Source: an uncultured Clostridium sp.
GTDB lineage: Bacteria > Bacillota > Clostridia > TANB77 > CAG-508
Assembly (NCBI GenBank): GCA_945874585.1
Contig: CAMCHB010000002.1
Span: 1-33,519 of the forward strand
Length of the DNA: 33,519 nucleotides
Direction of reading: 5' to 3'
How positions within the stretch are numbered: position 1 is the stretch's first letter; each line of letters opens with the position of its first letter. Position numbers and translations under genes: made by a program. Positions 1-7,775 of this stretch are shown here, one piece after another. Under the pieces are notes generated by a model. That model made no database searches and had not been told where the DNA came from. It worked only from the letters and a program-made list of their open reading frames with translations.

Positions 1-1496
1 TGAAAATTGAAAAACAAAAAGAACAAGTAAGCCAATTAGTGGATGAAAGATATGAGACCATGTCTCATATTCAAGAAAAAAAGATCAACAACGAAAATTT
101 AGAAAAAAACAAGAAAAATTTACAGGAAGAGATTTACCAAATAATTTCAGAACTAGATGCCAAAAAAATTGAAAAACAGGAATTAGTGAAAGATTTTCGA
201 CTTTCAGAGGAGAAAAAGAAAAAACAGGAAGAAGCTTTACAGGAAATTGAAAAACAGACAGAGGAATGGAGTCGCCAGTTAGCACAATACGAAGAAAATA
301 GAAATAAAATGCTGGCAGAATGCAACATGAAACAATCTCGTTTAAAATTTTTAGAGGAAACAGAACGAGAAAAAGAAGGCTATGCTAAAAGTGTCAAATC
401 ATTGCTTTTAGCATTTGATCGAGATTCACAGTTAGCCCAAGGAGTTCATGGCGTTTTAGCCGATTTATTAGCGGTTCCACAAAAATATCAAACAGCCATT
501 GAAATTGCACTGGGAAGTGCTATGCAAAATATTGTGACACAATCAGAAGGAGAAGCCAAAACACTGATTCAATATTTGCGTGATCATCGTTTGGGACGAG
601 CTTCTTTCTTGCCAATAACAGCTATGAAAGGGAAAAAACTAGAGCGAATTGATCAAAAAAATATAGATGGTGTTATGGGAATTGCATCTGATTTGGTACA
701 GTACGACAAAACTTATCAAAATGTAGTGGAACAATTATTGGGAAGAACAGTTATTGTAGATCAGATGGATCATGCTATTGCATTGGCGAAAAAAAATCAC
801 TATGGATTTCGCATTGTAACACTACAAGGAGATGTAGTCAATCCATCAGGTGTTATGACAGGAGGATCTGTTGCTAATAAGACAGTTAATTTGCTGGGAA
901 GAAAACAAGAAATTGAATCTTTAAAACAAGTTGTACAAAACATGCAACAGGAATTAGAACAGGAAAAACAGAAGAAAGAGGCAGAACAAGAGAAAAGACA
1001 AGCTGTTTTAGAACAGGCAGAAACCATGGAAAAAGCAATGCAAGAAATTCAGATTGCATGTGCTACCAAACAACAGAAATTAGATTTAATCACACAGGAA
1101 ATTTCCAAAAAAGAAGATCAACTAAAACAACACAAAAATAAACTAGAACAGATTGAACAAGAAAACAAACAGAATCAACAAGAAAAAGAAGGGCTAGAAA
1201 AAGCAGTATTGGAAATGGATCAGAACATGGAAAAAGCCAATGCAGTAATTCAAGAATATGCACAAAAAAATAAAGATAATCAAAAAAATATCGATGATTT
1301 GAATTTTGAAATTACCAACTTAAAAATCTCAGTTACTTCTTTCCATGAAAGTGGTATGTCAATTCAAGAAATGATTGATCGTGTAGAAGAAGATATGAAA
1401 ATGACAACTCAAGAGAAAGAGCAAAAACAAAAATTGTGCGAAGAAATGACCAATAACAATCAAAATTATGCAAAAAAAATGGAAGAAAGTCTTTAG
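1..1496 (+). CDS. smc: Chromosome segregation ATPase SMC, 5'-truncated by the window edge (coiled-coil arm + hinge + part of the return arm); ends at an in-frame TAG
   Basis: Frame 3 is open from nt 3 to TAG 1494-1496, so the ORF-track Met at 39 is internal. E/K/Q-rich heptad coiled coil lies on both sides of an SMC hinge (GVHGVLADLL..YQTAIEIALGSAMQNIVT..GRASFLPI..RIVTLQGDVVNPSGVMTGGS). Confidence 0.9.
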   Translation, partial: KIEKQKEQVSQLVDERYETMSHIQEKKINNENLEKNKKNLQEEIYQIISELDAKKIEKQELVKDFRLSEEKKKKQEEALQEIEKQTEEWSRQLAQYEENRNKMLAECNMKQSRLKFLEETEREKEGYAKSVKSLLLAFDRDSQLAQGVHGVLADLLAVPQKYQTAIEIALGSAMQNIVTQSEGEAKTLIQYLRDHRLGRASFLPITAMKGKKLERIDQKNIDGVMGIASDLVQYDKTYQNVVEQLLGRTVIVDQMDHAIALAKKNHYGFRIVTLQGDVVNPSGVMTGGSVANKTVNLLGRKQEIESLKQVVQNMQQELEQEKQKKEAEQEKRQAVLEQAETMEKAMQEIQIACATKQQKLDLITQEISKKEDQLKQHKNKLEQIEQENKQNQQEKEGLEKAVLEMDQNMEKANAVIQEYAQKNKDNQKNIDDLNFEITNLKISVTSFHESGMSIQEMIDRVEEDMKMTTQEKEQKQKLCEEMTNNNQNYAKKMEESL

Positions 1497-1499
1497 AAA

Positions 1500-2411
1500 A
1501 TGATTCAATTACAAGAGACACAAAAACAAGATTTACAACAAATGGAGCAAGAAAAACAAGAAAAAATTCAAAAAGATGAAACGTTAAAAAAGACGGAAGA
1601 TGAAATTTTAGAACAATATCATGTTTTGAATGAGTTAAAAGAACAAATCAATAAAATAGAACTAAAGAAATCAAAAGTAGAATTAGAACTAGAACAAATT
1701 GTGAATAAACTATGGGAAGAATACGAATTAACACCGAACAATGTGACAGACTATCAAAAAGTAGAAAACATACAAGAAGTCCAAAAACAAGTTACAAAAA
1801 TACGTGGTGAAATTCGTGCATTGGGTAGTATTAACGTTGATGCAATTGAAGAATACAAACAGGCAAAACAGCGTTATGATTTTATGACCGAGCAAAAAAA
1901 TGACTTGGAAGAGTCCAGCGATAAATTAAAAAAAGTAATTGCTGACATGTTAAAAATTATGGAAAAACAATTTAAAGATCAATTCCGCATTATCAATCGA
2001 AATTTCGGAGAAATTTTTGCAGAATTATTTGGAGGAGGAAAGGCAGAATTAAGCTTGACCGATGACAATGTATTAGAATGTGGCATCGAAATTGAAGCAC
2101 AGCCACCAGGAAAGAAATTGCAAAATATGATGTTATTATCAGGTGGAGAAAAGGCTTTAACAGCAATTGCATTATTGTTTGCTATTTTAAAAATCAATCC
2201 AGCGCCATTTTGTGTATTAGATGAAATTGAAGCAGCATTGGATGATGTAAATGTGTATCGTTATGCTGAATATTTGAAAAAATTCACCAAAGAGATTCAA
2301 TTTTTGGTGATTACACATCGAAAAGGAACCATGGAAGCAGCTGATACGGTCTATGGAATTACCATGGAGGAAAAGGGAATTTCAAAATTATTATCTTTAA
2401 AACTAAAATAA
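1500..2411 (+). CDS. smc: SMC C-terminal part (coiled coil + C-terminal ABC head), same frame as 1-1496
   Basis: ATG lies two codons after the TAG, in the same frame. ABC signature LSGGEKALTAIALLFAIL, Walker B FCVLDEIEAALD, then ITHRKGTM. TAA stop at 2409-2411. Confidence 0.9.
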   Translation: MIQLQETQKQDLQQMEQEKQEKIQKDETLKKTEDEILEQYHVLNELKEQINKIELKKSKVELELEQIVNKLWEEYELTPNNVTDYQKVENIQEVQKQVTKIRGEIRALGSINVDAIEEYKQAKQRYDFMTEQKNDLEESSDKLKKVIADMLKIMEKQFKDQFRIINRNFGEIFAELFGGGKAELSLTDDNVLECGIEIEAQPPGKKLQNMMLLSGGEKALTAIALLFAILKINPAPFCVLDEIEAALDDVNVYRYAEYLKKFTKEIQFLVITHRKGTMEAADTVYGITMEEKGISKLLSLKLK

Positions 2412-2476
2412 CACACCATCGAAAACCTTGCAAGATTGTCAATCATTTTTGAAAATGTCTTAAAATTTTTTATTTA

Positions 2477-2512
2477 TTAGCACTAAATTTTTTGTTTAGT
2501 GCTAATATTTTT
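2477..2512 (+). terminator. Intrinsic terminator downstream of smc (CIRCE-like palindrome, see findings)
   Basis: TTAGCACTAAA-ttttttg-TTTAGTGCTAA forms a perfect 11-bp stem followed by TATTTTT, 66 nt after the smc stop. Confidence 0.7.
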
Positions 2513-2591
2513 ATGCGACATTTTCCTAAATGATATATTAAGACATTATCATAAATGAATTATAAATACTTCCTTAAAATCCTTGCAAGAT

Positions 2592-2620
2592 TTGACAGAA
2601 CTGGAAAATCAGTATATACT
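2592..2620 (+). promoter_or_regulatory. Sigma-A-type promoter of the NlpC/P60 gene
   Basis: TTGACA (2592-2597), 17-nt spacer, TATACT (2615-2620), about 30 nt upstream of the SD and ATG 2652. Confidence 0.6.
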
Positions 2621-2651
2621 AAGTACGAATTTTAAAATGAGAGGTGCAGAC

Positions 2652-4076
2652 ATGAAGCAGAATAAAAAAATAATAGGAACAATGGGAATCACCATAGGAG
2701 CAGTTGCTATGTTGCTTTCTCATGTTTATGCAGCCAGTGGTACAGTAGCATCAGAAACGGTTCGTATGAGAGAAAAGCCAACCACGCAATCTGCTATTGT
2801 GATAAATTTAGATAAAGATGACAAAGTAGATGTGATAGAACAACAAGGGGATTGGTATAAGATAAAATACGATGGAAAACAAGGATATGTTAGTAAAGAT
2901 TTGATAAAAGTAGATGGCAAAGTAGAAAAAATCACATCTTCTAATACGACCAATACGACAACATCCAGCGAAAACAAGACCAGTGAAGAAGAAAGTTCAA
3001 GCCAGAATACAGTGACAGAAGAGGAAAATAACAATTCTTCTGATGAAACCGAAAATAAACAAGAAGTTGCATCCCAAACAGATACTTCTATGGAAGTGGG
3101 ACAGGCCTATCCGGTAGCACAAGAGACAAAATTGTATGGTTTACCAGTTCTTTCATCTTCTGATACCATGACTGTTCCAAAAGGAGAAAAGGTAACTGTG
3201 TTGGATTGCTTAAATCGATGGGTTTATGTAGAAACAGCAGAAGGAAATGGATGGATGTTATCCAATATGACAACAAGTCAAGATCAAAGTAGTACTCCTA
3301 AAGAGGAAGACCACCAAATTGACGAAACCAAACAGGACGATAAAAACCAAGAAAATACCAATACAGTTTCTAAAACTGAAACAGAATCAAAAGACAAAAC
3401 AACAACCAAAGTAGGATATGTGAATACCGATAGTGCCTATATTAGACGCCAACCAGATACAAGTTCAGAAGCCATTGATGCCCTACAATTAAATGATAAA
3501 GTAACCATCTTAGGAGAAGAAAATAATTGGTATCAAGTGCAATATGGGGACTCAAAAGTAAAAGGTTATATTGCCAAAAAATTGATTTCAAGTGAAAAAA
3601 CAAAGACAACCTCTAGAAGTATGACAGCTCCAAGAGGAGAAACTGTGGAAATCGAAACGCAAAATGAAGCAAAAACGGCAGAAAAAACAGAACAAAACAA
3701 TACAGCCAATGGAGATGCAGTTGTTGCTTATGCCAAAACATTTTTACATGCCAAATATGTGTCTGGTGGGAATGGACCAACTGCTTTTGATTGCTCTGGT
3801 TTTACCCAATATGTGTATCAAAAATTTGGCTATTCTTTAAATAGAACAGCAGCTGGACAAGCAAGCAATGGAACAAAGGTGAACAAAGATGCTATGCAAA
3901 AAGGAGATTTACTTCTTTTCTATGATGAAGCTAGAAGTAAAATTGGTCATGTTGGAATTTATATTGGAAATCAGCAATTTATCCATGCAGCCAATGCTAG
4001 TAGAGGTGTTGTAACAGATTCCATTCACAATTCTTACTACGCACCAAGATTGGTAGATATTCGAAGAATTTTATAA
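2652..4076 (+). CDS. Secreted cell-wall hydrolase: three SH3b-like domains + C-terminal NlpC/P60 endopeptidase
   Basis: ATG 2652 is preceded by a GAGAGGTG SD; the ORF-track start 2583 has none. Signal peptide MKQNKKIIGTMGITIGAVAMLLSHVYA. SH3b-like modules (GDWYKIKYDGKQGYV; NRWVYVETAEGNGWM; NNWYQVQYGDSKVKGYI) are separated by S/T/N/E-rich linkers. NlpC/P60 catalytic Cys (FDCSGFTQYVY) and His (GHVGIYIG). Confidence 0.88.
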   Translation: MKQNKKIIGTMGITIGAVAMLLSHVYAASGTVASETVRMREKPTTQSAIVINLDKDDKVDVIEQQGDWYKIKYDGKQGYVSKDLIKVDGKVEKITSSNTTNTTTSSENKTSEEESSSQNTVTEEENNNSSDETENKQEVASQTDTSMEVGQAYPVAQETKLYGLPVLSSSDTMTVPKGEKVTVLDCLNRWVYVETAEGNGWMLSNMTTSQDQSSTPKEEDHQIDETKQDDKNQENTNTVSKTETESKDKTTTKVGYVNTDSAYIRRQPDTSSEAIDALQLNDKVTILGEENNWYQVQYGDSKVKGYIAKKLISSEKTKTTSRSMTAPRGETVEIETQNEAKTAEKTEQNNTANGDAVVAYAKTFLHAKYVSGGNGPTAFDCSGFTQYVYQKFGYSLNRTAAGQASNGTKVNKDAMQKGDLLLFYDEARSKIGHVGIYIGNQQFIHAANASRGVVTDSIHNSYYAPRLVDIRRIL

Positions 4077-4106
4077 AAATAACGGGGGCAAAAAGGATGG
4101 ACAGGT

Positions 4107-6512
4107 ATGAAACGTGCTATTTTAGTTGCCTCAATGGGAACGATTATAGGAATCGTAGAAAAACTATACTGGAACATCAGTATAGTTTTTTTGATAGCCA
4201 TAGGTTATGCTTTATTAGCCATATGGTTTCATTTCAAACCCAAACAAAAACGTTATTGGAAAGTATTAGGCCAAAAGCAATGCATTGTTTTCTGCTTTTT
4301 TGCTATCTTGGCAAATTTTTATACGGCCATTTGGGAAAATCAGTATCAGAAAGTGTATCAAGCACCAGAAAATTGGAAAGTATGTGGAATTGTATGGAAA
4401 GAGATGCAGGAAAAGCCTTATAGCAAGCAAACAATTGTTAAAATAACAACAAAGCCATACCAAAACAAGAAGATAATTGTAAAGTGTCCGAAAAATGTAC
4501 AAGATTTACCTTATGGAAGTTTGGTACAATTAGAAGGAAACTATGAGAAACCAAACCCACAAAAGAATGACAAGGGATTTGATCAGCAAAAATATCAGAA
4601 AACAAAAGGAGTTTTTGGCACATTGGTAGTTAAGAAAACAACTATTTTGCAAGAGCAAAAAATAGATGGAATACACCAAACAGCTTATTTTCTTAACCAA
4701 TGGATCAAAAATAAATGCCATCAACTTTTGCCGAAAAGAGAGGCTAGTTTATTCATTGGCCTATTATTAGGTGATACAGAGGAAATTGAGGAGGATATAG
4801 CACAGGATTTTGTGCAAAGCAGTTTGGCACATATGTTGGCCGTTTCTGGTACCCATATTTCTTATCTTGTGATCGGAATCTCTTTTTTCTTTTCTTATTT
4901 TGGAAAAAGAAAAGCTCGTATGTTCACGGTAATAGGGCTTGTTTTTTTCATGTATATGACCAATTTTGCAGCTTCTGTGGTTCGCGCTTGCCTTATGGGA
5001 ATAGCGACTTTAGGGGGTCAAATTTTATATCGTAAATCCGATATATACACCAATATGGGATTATCCTGTTTCTTAATTTTATTGGTGAATCCATATCAAA
5101 TTTTAGACATTGGTTTGCAGCTTTCCTATGCTGGAACATTGGGAATTGTTTTGGTATATTCATTGTGTCAGCCATGGATTCGAAAAAGTCCAAAAGGAAT
5201 CAGACCAGTGTGCAATATTCTGGCGATAACAGGATCAGCACAAATAGCTGTATTTCCTTTAATTGCTTACTATTTTCAAAATATTTCTTTTACGTTTTTT
5301 CTATCCAATTTATTGGCAACTCCCATTTTGGCAATTTTAATGCTAGGTGGAATGGGATTTGTTTTTCTTATTTTTCTTGCCCCAACAGTAGGTGCTTGGT
5401 TTTCTCCTGTGCTTGCATTTCTCCTTCGACTTTTAATGAAAATTTCCCATCAAGTGGCACAAATGCCGTTTTCATATGTACTGATTCCAGCGCCAGCTTG
5501 GGGGGGATTGTTGCTTTATTATCTTGTCCTTTTCTTATTTTTACAAAGGCAGCATATCAAACAAACACAAGGGGAATGGAGGTTTTTAACTAGTCTTCAA
5601 AAAAAGAAAATCATTTGGATAAAAAAGATAGAACAAATGAAAGTAAAAATTGGAATTGGGTTGATTTGTCTTATCCTAACCATCATTTTAGGGAGACAGT
5701 GCTTTTTCCTAGTTAACAAGAAATTGGATATTTTTTTTGTAGATGTAGGACAGGGAGATGCCTGCTTGATTCGAACACCCCATCAAAAGAATATTTTGAT
5801 AGACGGAGGAGGCAGTGAAAATTACGATGTTGGAAAAAATATTGTATTACCATATTTGCTCAAACATGGAATTACTAAAATTGATGTGCTATTCATTTCT
5901 CATTTTGATACAGACCACTGTGGTGGTTTGTGGTATGTGCTACAAAATCTGAAAGTGGACTATATTGTTCTAGGAAAACAAATGGAAATCAATGAAAATT
6001 ATGTCGATTTTCAGAAAATTGTCAAACAAAAAAAGATAAAAGTTAAAATGGTAACAGCAGGACAGCAAATCAAATTGGAAAATGACTTAACCTGTCATGT
6101 TTTATGGCCTGAAACTAAAAAAGAAATAGCAGAAAATACAATCAATAATCAATCATTGGTATTTCAATTGGTTTATCGAAAATTTACAATGTTACTAACA
6201 GGTGATATCGAAAAAATAGCAGAAGAAAAACTAATACAAAAATATGGAAAAACAAATGCCCTACAGTCAAATCTCTTAAAAATACCCCATCATGGTTCTA
6301 AAACATCTAGTACAGATGAATTTTTGCAATGTGTTAAGCCTCAGGTGGCACTCATAGGAGTTGGTAAAAATCACTTTGGACACCCATCAGAAGAGGTATT
6401 AAATCGATTACAAGAACATCAAATTTTGTATTATCGAACCGATCAACAAGGAGAAATTCATGTAGCCGTTTTGCCAAACAGTCAAATGGAAATACAAACT
6501 TTTTTGCCATAA
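4107..6512 (+). CDS. comEC: DNA internalization competence protein ComEC/Rec2
   Basis: 801-aa polytopic membrane protein. Competence domain (LAHMLAVSGTHISYL) and C-terminal metallo-beta-lactamase fold (DIFFVDVGQGDACLI..LIDGGG..ISHFDTDHCGG..PHHGS). Confidence 0.9.
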   Translation: MKRAILVASMGTIIGIVEKLYWNISIVFLIAIGYALLAIWFHFKPKQKRYWKVLGQKQCIVFCFFAILANFYTAIWENQYQKVYQAPENWKVCGIVWKEMQEKPYSKQTIVKITTKPYQNKKIIVKCPKNVQDLPYGSLVQLEGNYEKPNPQKNDKGFDQQKYQKTKGVFGTLVVKKTTILQEQKIDGIHQTAYFLNQWIKNKCHQLLPKREASLFIGLLLGDTEEIEEDIAQDFVQSSLAHMLAVSGTHISYLVIGISFFFSYFGKRKARMFTVIGLVFFMYMTNFAASVVRACLMGIATLGGQILYRKSDIYTNMGLSCFLILLVNPYQILDIGLQLSYAGTLGIVLVYSLCQPWIRKSPKGIRPVCNILAITGSAQIAVFPLIAYYFQNISFTFFLSNLLATPILAILMLGGMGFVFLIFLAPTVGAWFSPVLAFLLRLLMKISHQVAQMPFSYVLIPAPAWGGLLLYYLVLFLFLQRQHIKQTQGEWRFLTSLQKKKIIWIKKIEQMKVKIGIGLICLILTIILGRQCFFLVNKKLDIFFVDVGQGDACLIRTPHQKNILIDGGGSENYDVGKNIVLPYLLKHGITKIDVLFISHFDTDHCGGLWYVLQNLKVDYIVLGKQMEINENYVDFQKIVKQKKIKVKMVTAGQQIKLENDLTCHVLWPETKKEIAENTINNQSLVFQLVYRKFTMLLTGDIEKIAEEKLIQKYGKTNALQSNLLKIPHHGSKTSSTDEFLQCVKPQVALIGVGKNHFGHPSEEVLNRLQEHQILYYRTDQQGEIHVAVLPNSQMEIQTFLP

Positions 6513-6581
6513 TGGTATAAAATTTCCAAGAATAGCCATACTAAAAAGCAAAGACAGAATAGAAGTAAGGGAAGTGATACC

Positions 6582-6662
6582 ATGAAGAAATTATGGTTGA
6601 TTTACATCGTATTATCCATCATCGGATTTAGCTTTTTGATACGGTTATTGTATATCCGGTGA
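6582..6662 (+). CDS. 26-aa membrane-anchor ORF, probably the detached N-terminus of the following BofC-like gene
   Basis: ATG 6582 with an AAGGGAAG SD; MKKLWLIYIVLSIIGFSFLIRLLYIR, then TGA 6660-6662. It overlaps the open upstream part (from 6640) of the next gene's frame. Confidence 0.4.
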   Translation: MKKLWLIYIVLSIIGFSFLIRLLYIR

Positions 6663-6756
6663 CGCCAAAAAACAAGCAAAAGTAGAAGCCAATCAAATCG
6701 AAAAAACAGCAGAAGCCAATTTAGCTGAAAATAATACTCTGTGGGAAAATCAAGCA

Positions 6757-7182
6757 TTGGTGCCAACTAATATGCCAGAAACCGAAAAAGTATCTCCCAA
6801 AGCAGTGCTTGTGCTAAAAACATGTCATAAATCCTGTGGACATACAACAAAAGAAGAAGTGGATGTGCCAGCCGAAATGGTTAACCAAGAAGAAAAAGAA
6901 GTCCAAGCCCTTTATCCGCAATGGAAAGTCATTGGCTTTTCACCAGAAGAAGTAGTGCTTTACCATGAAGTCAATGGAATTTGCAATGAGCATTATGCCG
7001 TTCGAGCAAAAGATGGTTTGGTGGCGGTTTATGTAAAAAATGAAAAAGGAGAGGAAAGCTTAAAAGAGATAACTGGTATATCTATGGAATACCTACCAGA
7101 AGAAGATCAAAAAAAAATACAAGAAGGGATTGAAATTACAGGAAAAGAAAATCTAAATAGTTTATTAGAAGATTATGAATAA
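6757..7182 (+). CDS. BofC C-terminal-domain-like protein (frame open from 6640; likely frameshifted from its N-terminal anchor)
   Basis: The pattern W.V..F..EEVVL..EVNGIC.EHY.VR.KDGLVAVY...E.L.E.TGI....LPEED...I.EGIEI......SLLEDY resembles the BofC C-terminal domain of sporulating Firmicutes. The ORF has no signal or anchor of its own. TAA stop at 7180-7182. Confidence 0.6.
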   Translation: MVPTNMPETEKVSPKAVLVLKTCHKSCGHTTKEEVDVPAEMVNQEEKEVQALYPQWKVIGFSPEEVVLYHEVNGICNEHYAVRAKDGLVAVYVKNEKGEESLKEITGISMEYLPEEDQKKIQEGIEITGKENLNSLLEDYE

Positions 7183-7186
7183 AAAG

Positions 7187-7213
7187 AAAAAACCTCATGC
7201 TTGAGGTTTTTTT
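7187..7213. terminator. Bidirectional intrinsic terminator between the BofC-like gene (+) and pgsA (-)
   Basis: AAAAAACCTCA-tgct-TGAGGTTTTTT, with A/T tracts on both sides. It overlaps the last codons of pgsA. Confidence 0.8.
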
Positions 7214-7734
7214 CGAACTTGTATAAAAATTTTGAAATACATAATCAAAGCAAATAAGGTGCAGGCAACAGCGATGTCATATAAGATAAAATCAAAACTA
7301 TATTGGAAACCAAATTGTTTTTTGATCATAGAGGTGAAGATAGCAATGTAGAAGATGACGGTAGCTGCTTTTCCAAACCATTTGCTTGGAACAACAACGG
7401 TTTCTTTTCCATATAAGAAACTAGCTCCCAGGATCATCAGAAATTCTTTTACCAACACAATGATCAAAATCCAAATGGGAATGATGTTTTGAATGACTAA
7501 CACAACCAAAGTAGAGATTTGGGTTAGCTTGTCAGCTAATGGATCAAATAAGGTTCCGAAATCAGTAATAAAATTAAATCTTCTAGCAATATAACCATCT
7601 AATACATCGGTACAACCAGATATCATCAGTAGAATAACAGCTACTAGATAATTATCTTGAAGAGCAAAGTAAAAAATAAGTGGGATTAAGATAAAACGCA
7701 CGATGGTTAAAATATTTGGTACATATTTAAACAT
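7195..7734 (-). CDS. pgsA: CDP-diacylglycerol--glycerol-3-phosphate 3-phosphatidyltransferase (CDP-alcohol phosphatidyltransferase family)
   Basis: CDP-alcohol transferase motif DVLDGYIARRFNFITDFGTLFDPLADK. 179 aa, multi-TM. GGAGGAAATATT-ATG SD. Confidence 0.85.
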   Translation of the reverse strand: MFKYVPNILTIVRFILIPLIFYFALQDNYLVAVILLMISGCTDVLDGYIARRFNFITDFGTLFDPLADKLTQISTLVVLVIQNIIPIWILIIVLVKEFLMILGASFLYGKETVVVPSKWFGKAATVIFYIAIFTSMIKKQFGFQYSFDFILYDIAVACTLFALIMYFKIFIQVRKKPQA

Positions 7735-7775
7735 AATATTTCCTCCAATTAGTTTTGTTTTACAGAATAGGAAAG

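Noticed and set aside
1494-1496. In-frame TAG in smc as evidence of stop-codon reassignment or an alternative genetic code
   Set aside because: TAG clearly terminates dprA (13948-13950), xth (15158-15160) and the helicase gene (18173-18175) at positions matching the normal ends of these families. No in-frame TGA or TAA occurs in any conserved gene here.
39-1496. ORF-track start codon at 39 for the first ORF
   Set aside because: The frame is open back to nt 3 with continuous coiled-coil sequence, so the gene begins upstream of the window.
2436-2466. Promoter TTGTCA ... TAAAAT upstream of the CIRCE-like hairpin, which would mimic a classic promoter-CIRCE arrangement
   Set aside because: The spacer is 19 nt by my count, too long for a good sigma-A promoter. 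The hairpin plus T-run is explained more simply as the smc terminator.
2930-3420. T/S/N/E/K-rich repetitive stretches in the NlpC/P60 gene as tandem repeats or an array
   Set aside because: They are in frame, lie between SH3b modules and behave as low-complexity protein linkers. There is no fixed repeat unit at the DNA level.
4097-5593. ORFs 4097-4423 and 5165-5593 (+) overlapping comEC in other frames
   Set aside because: They lie wholly inside the well-supported comEC frame, lack SDs and have a junk-like composition.
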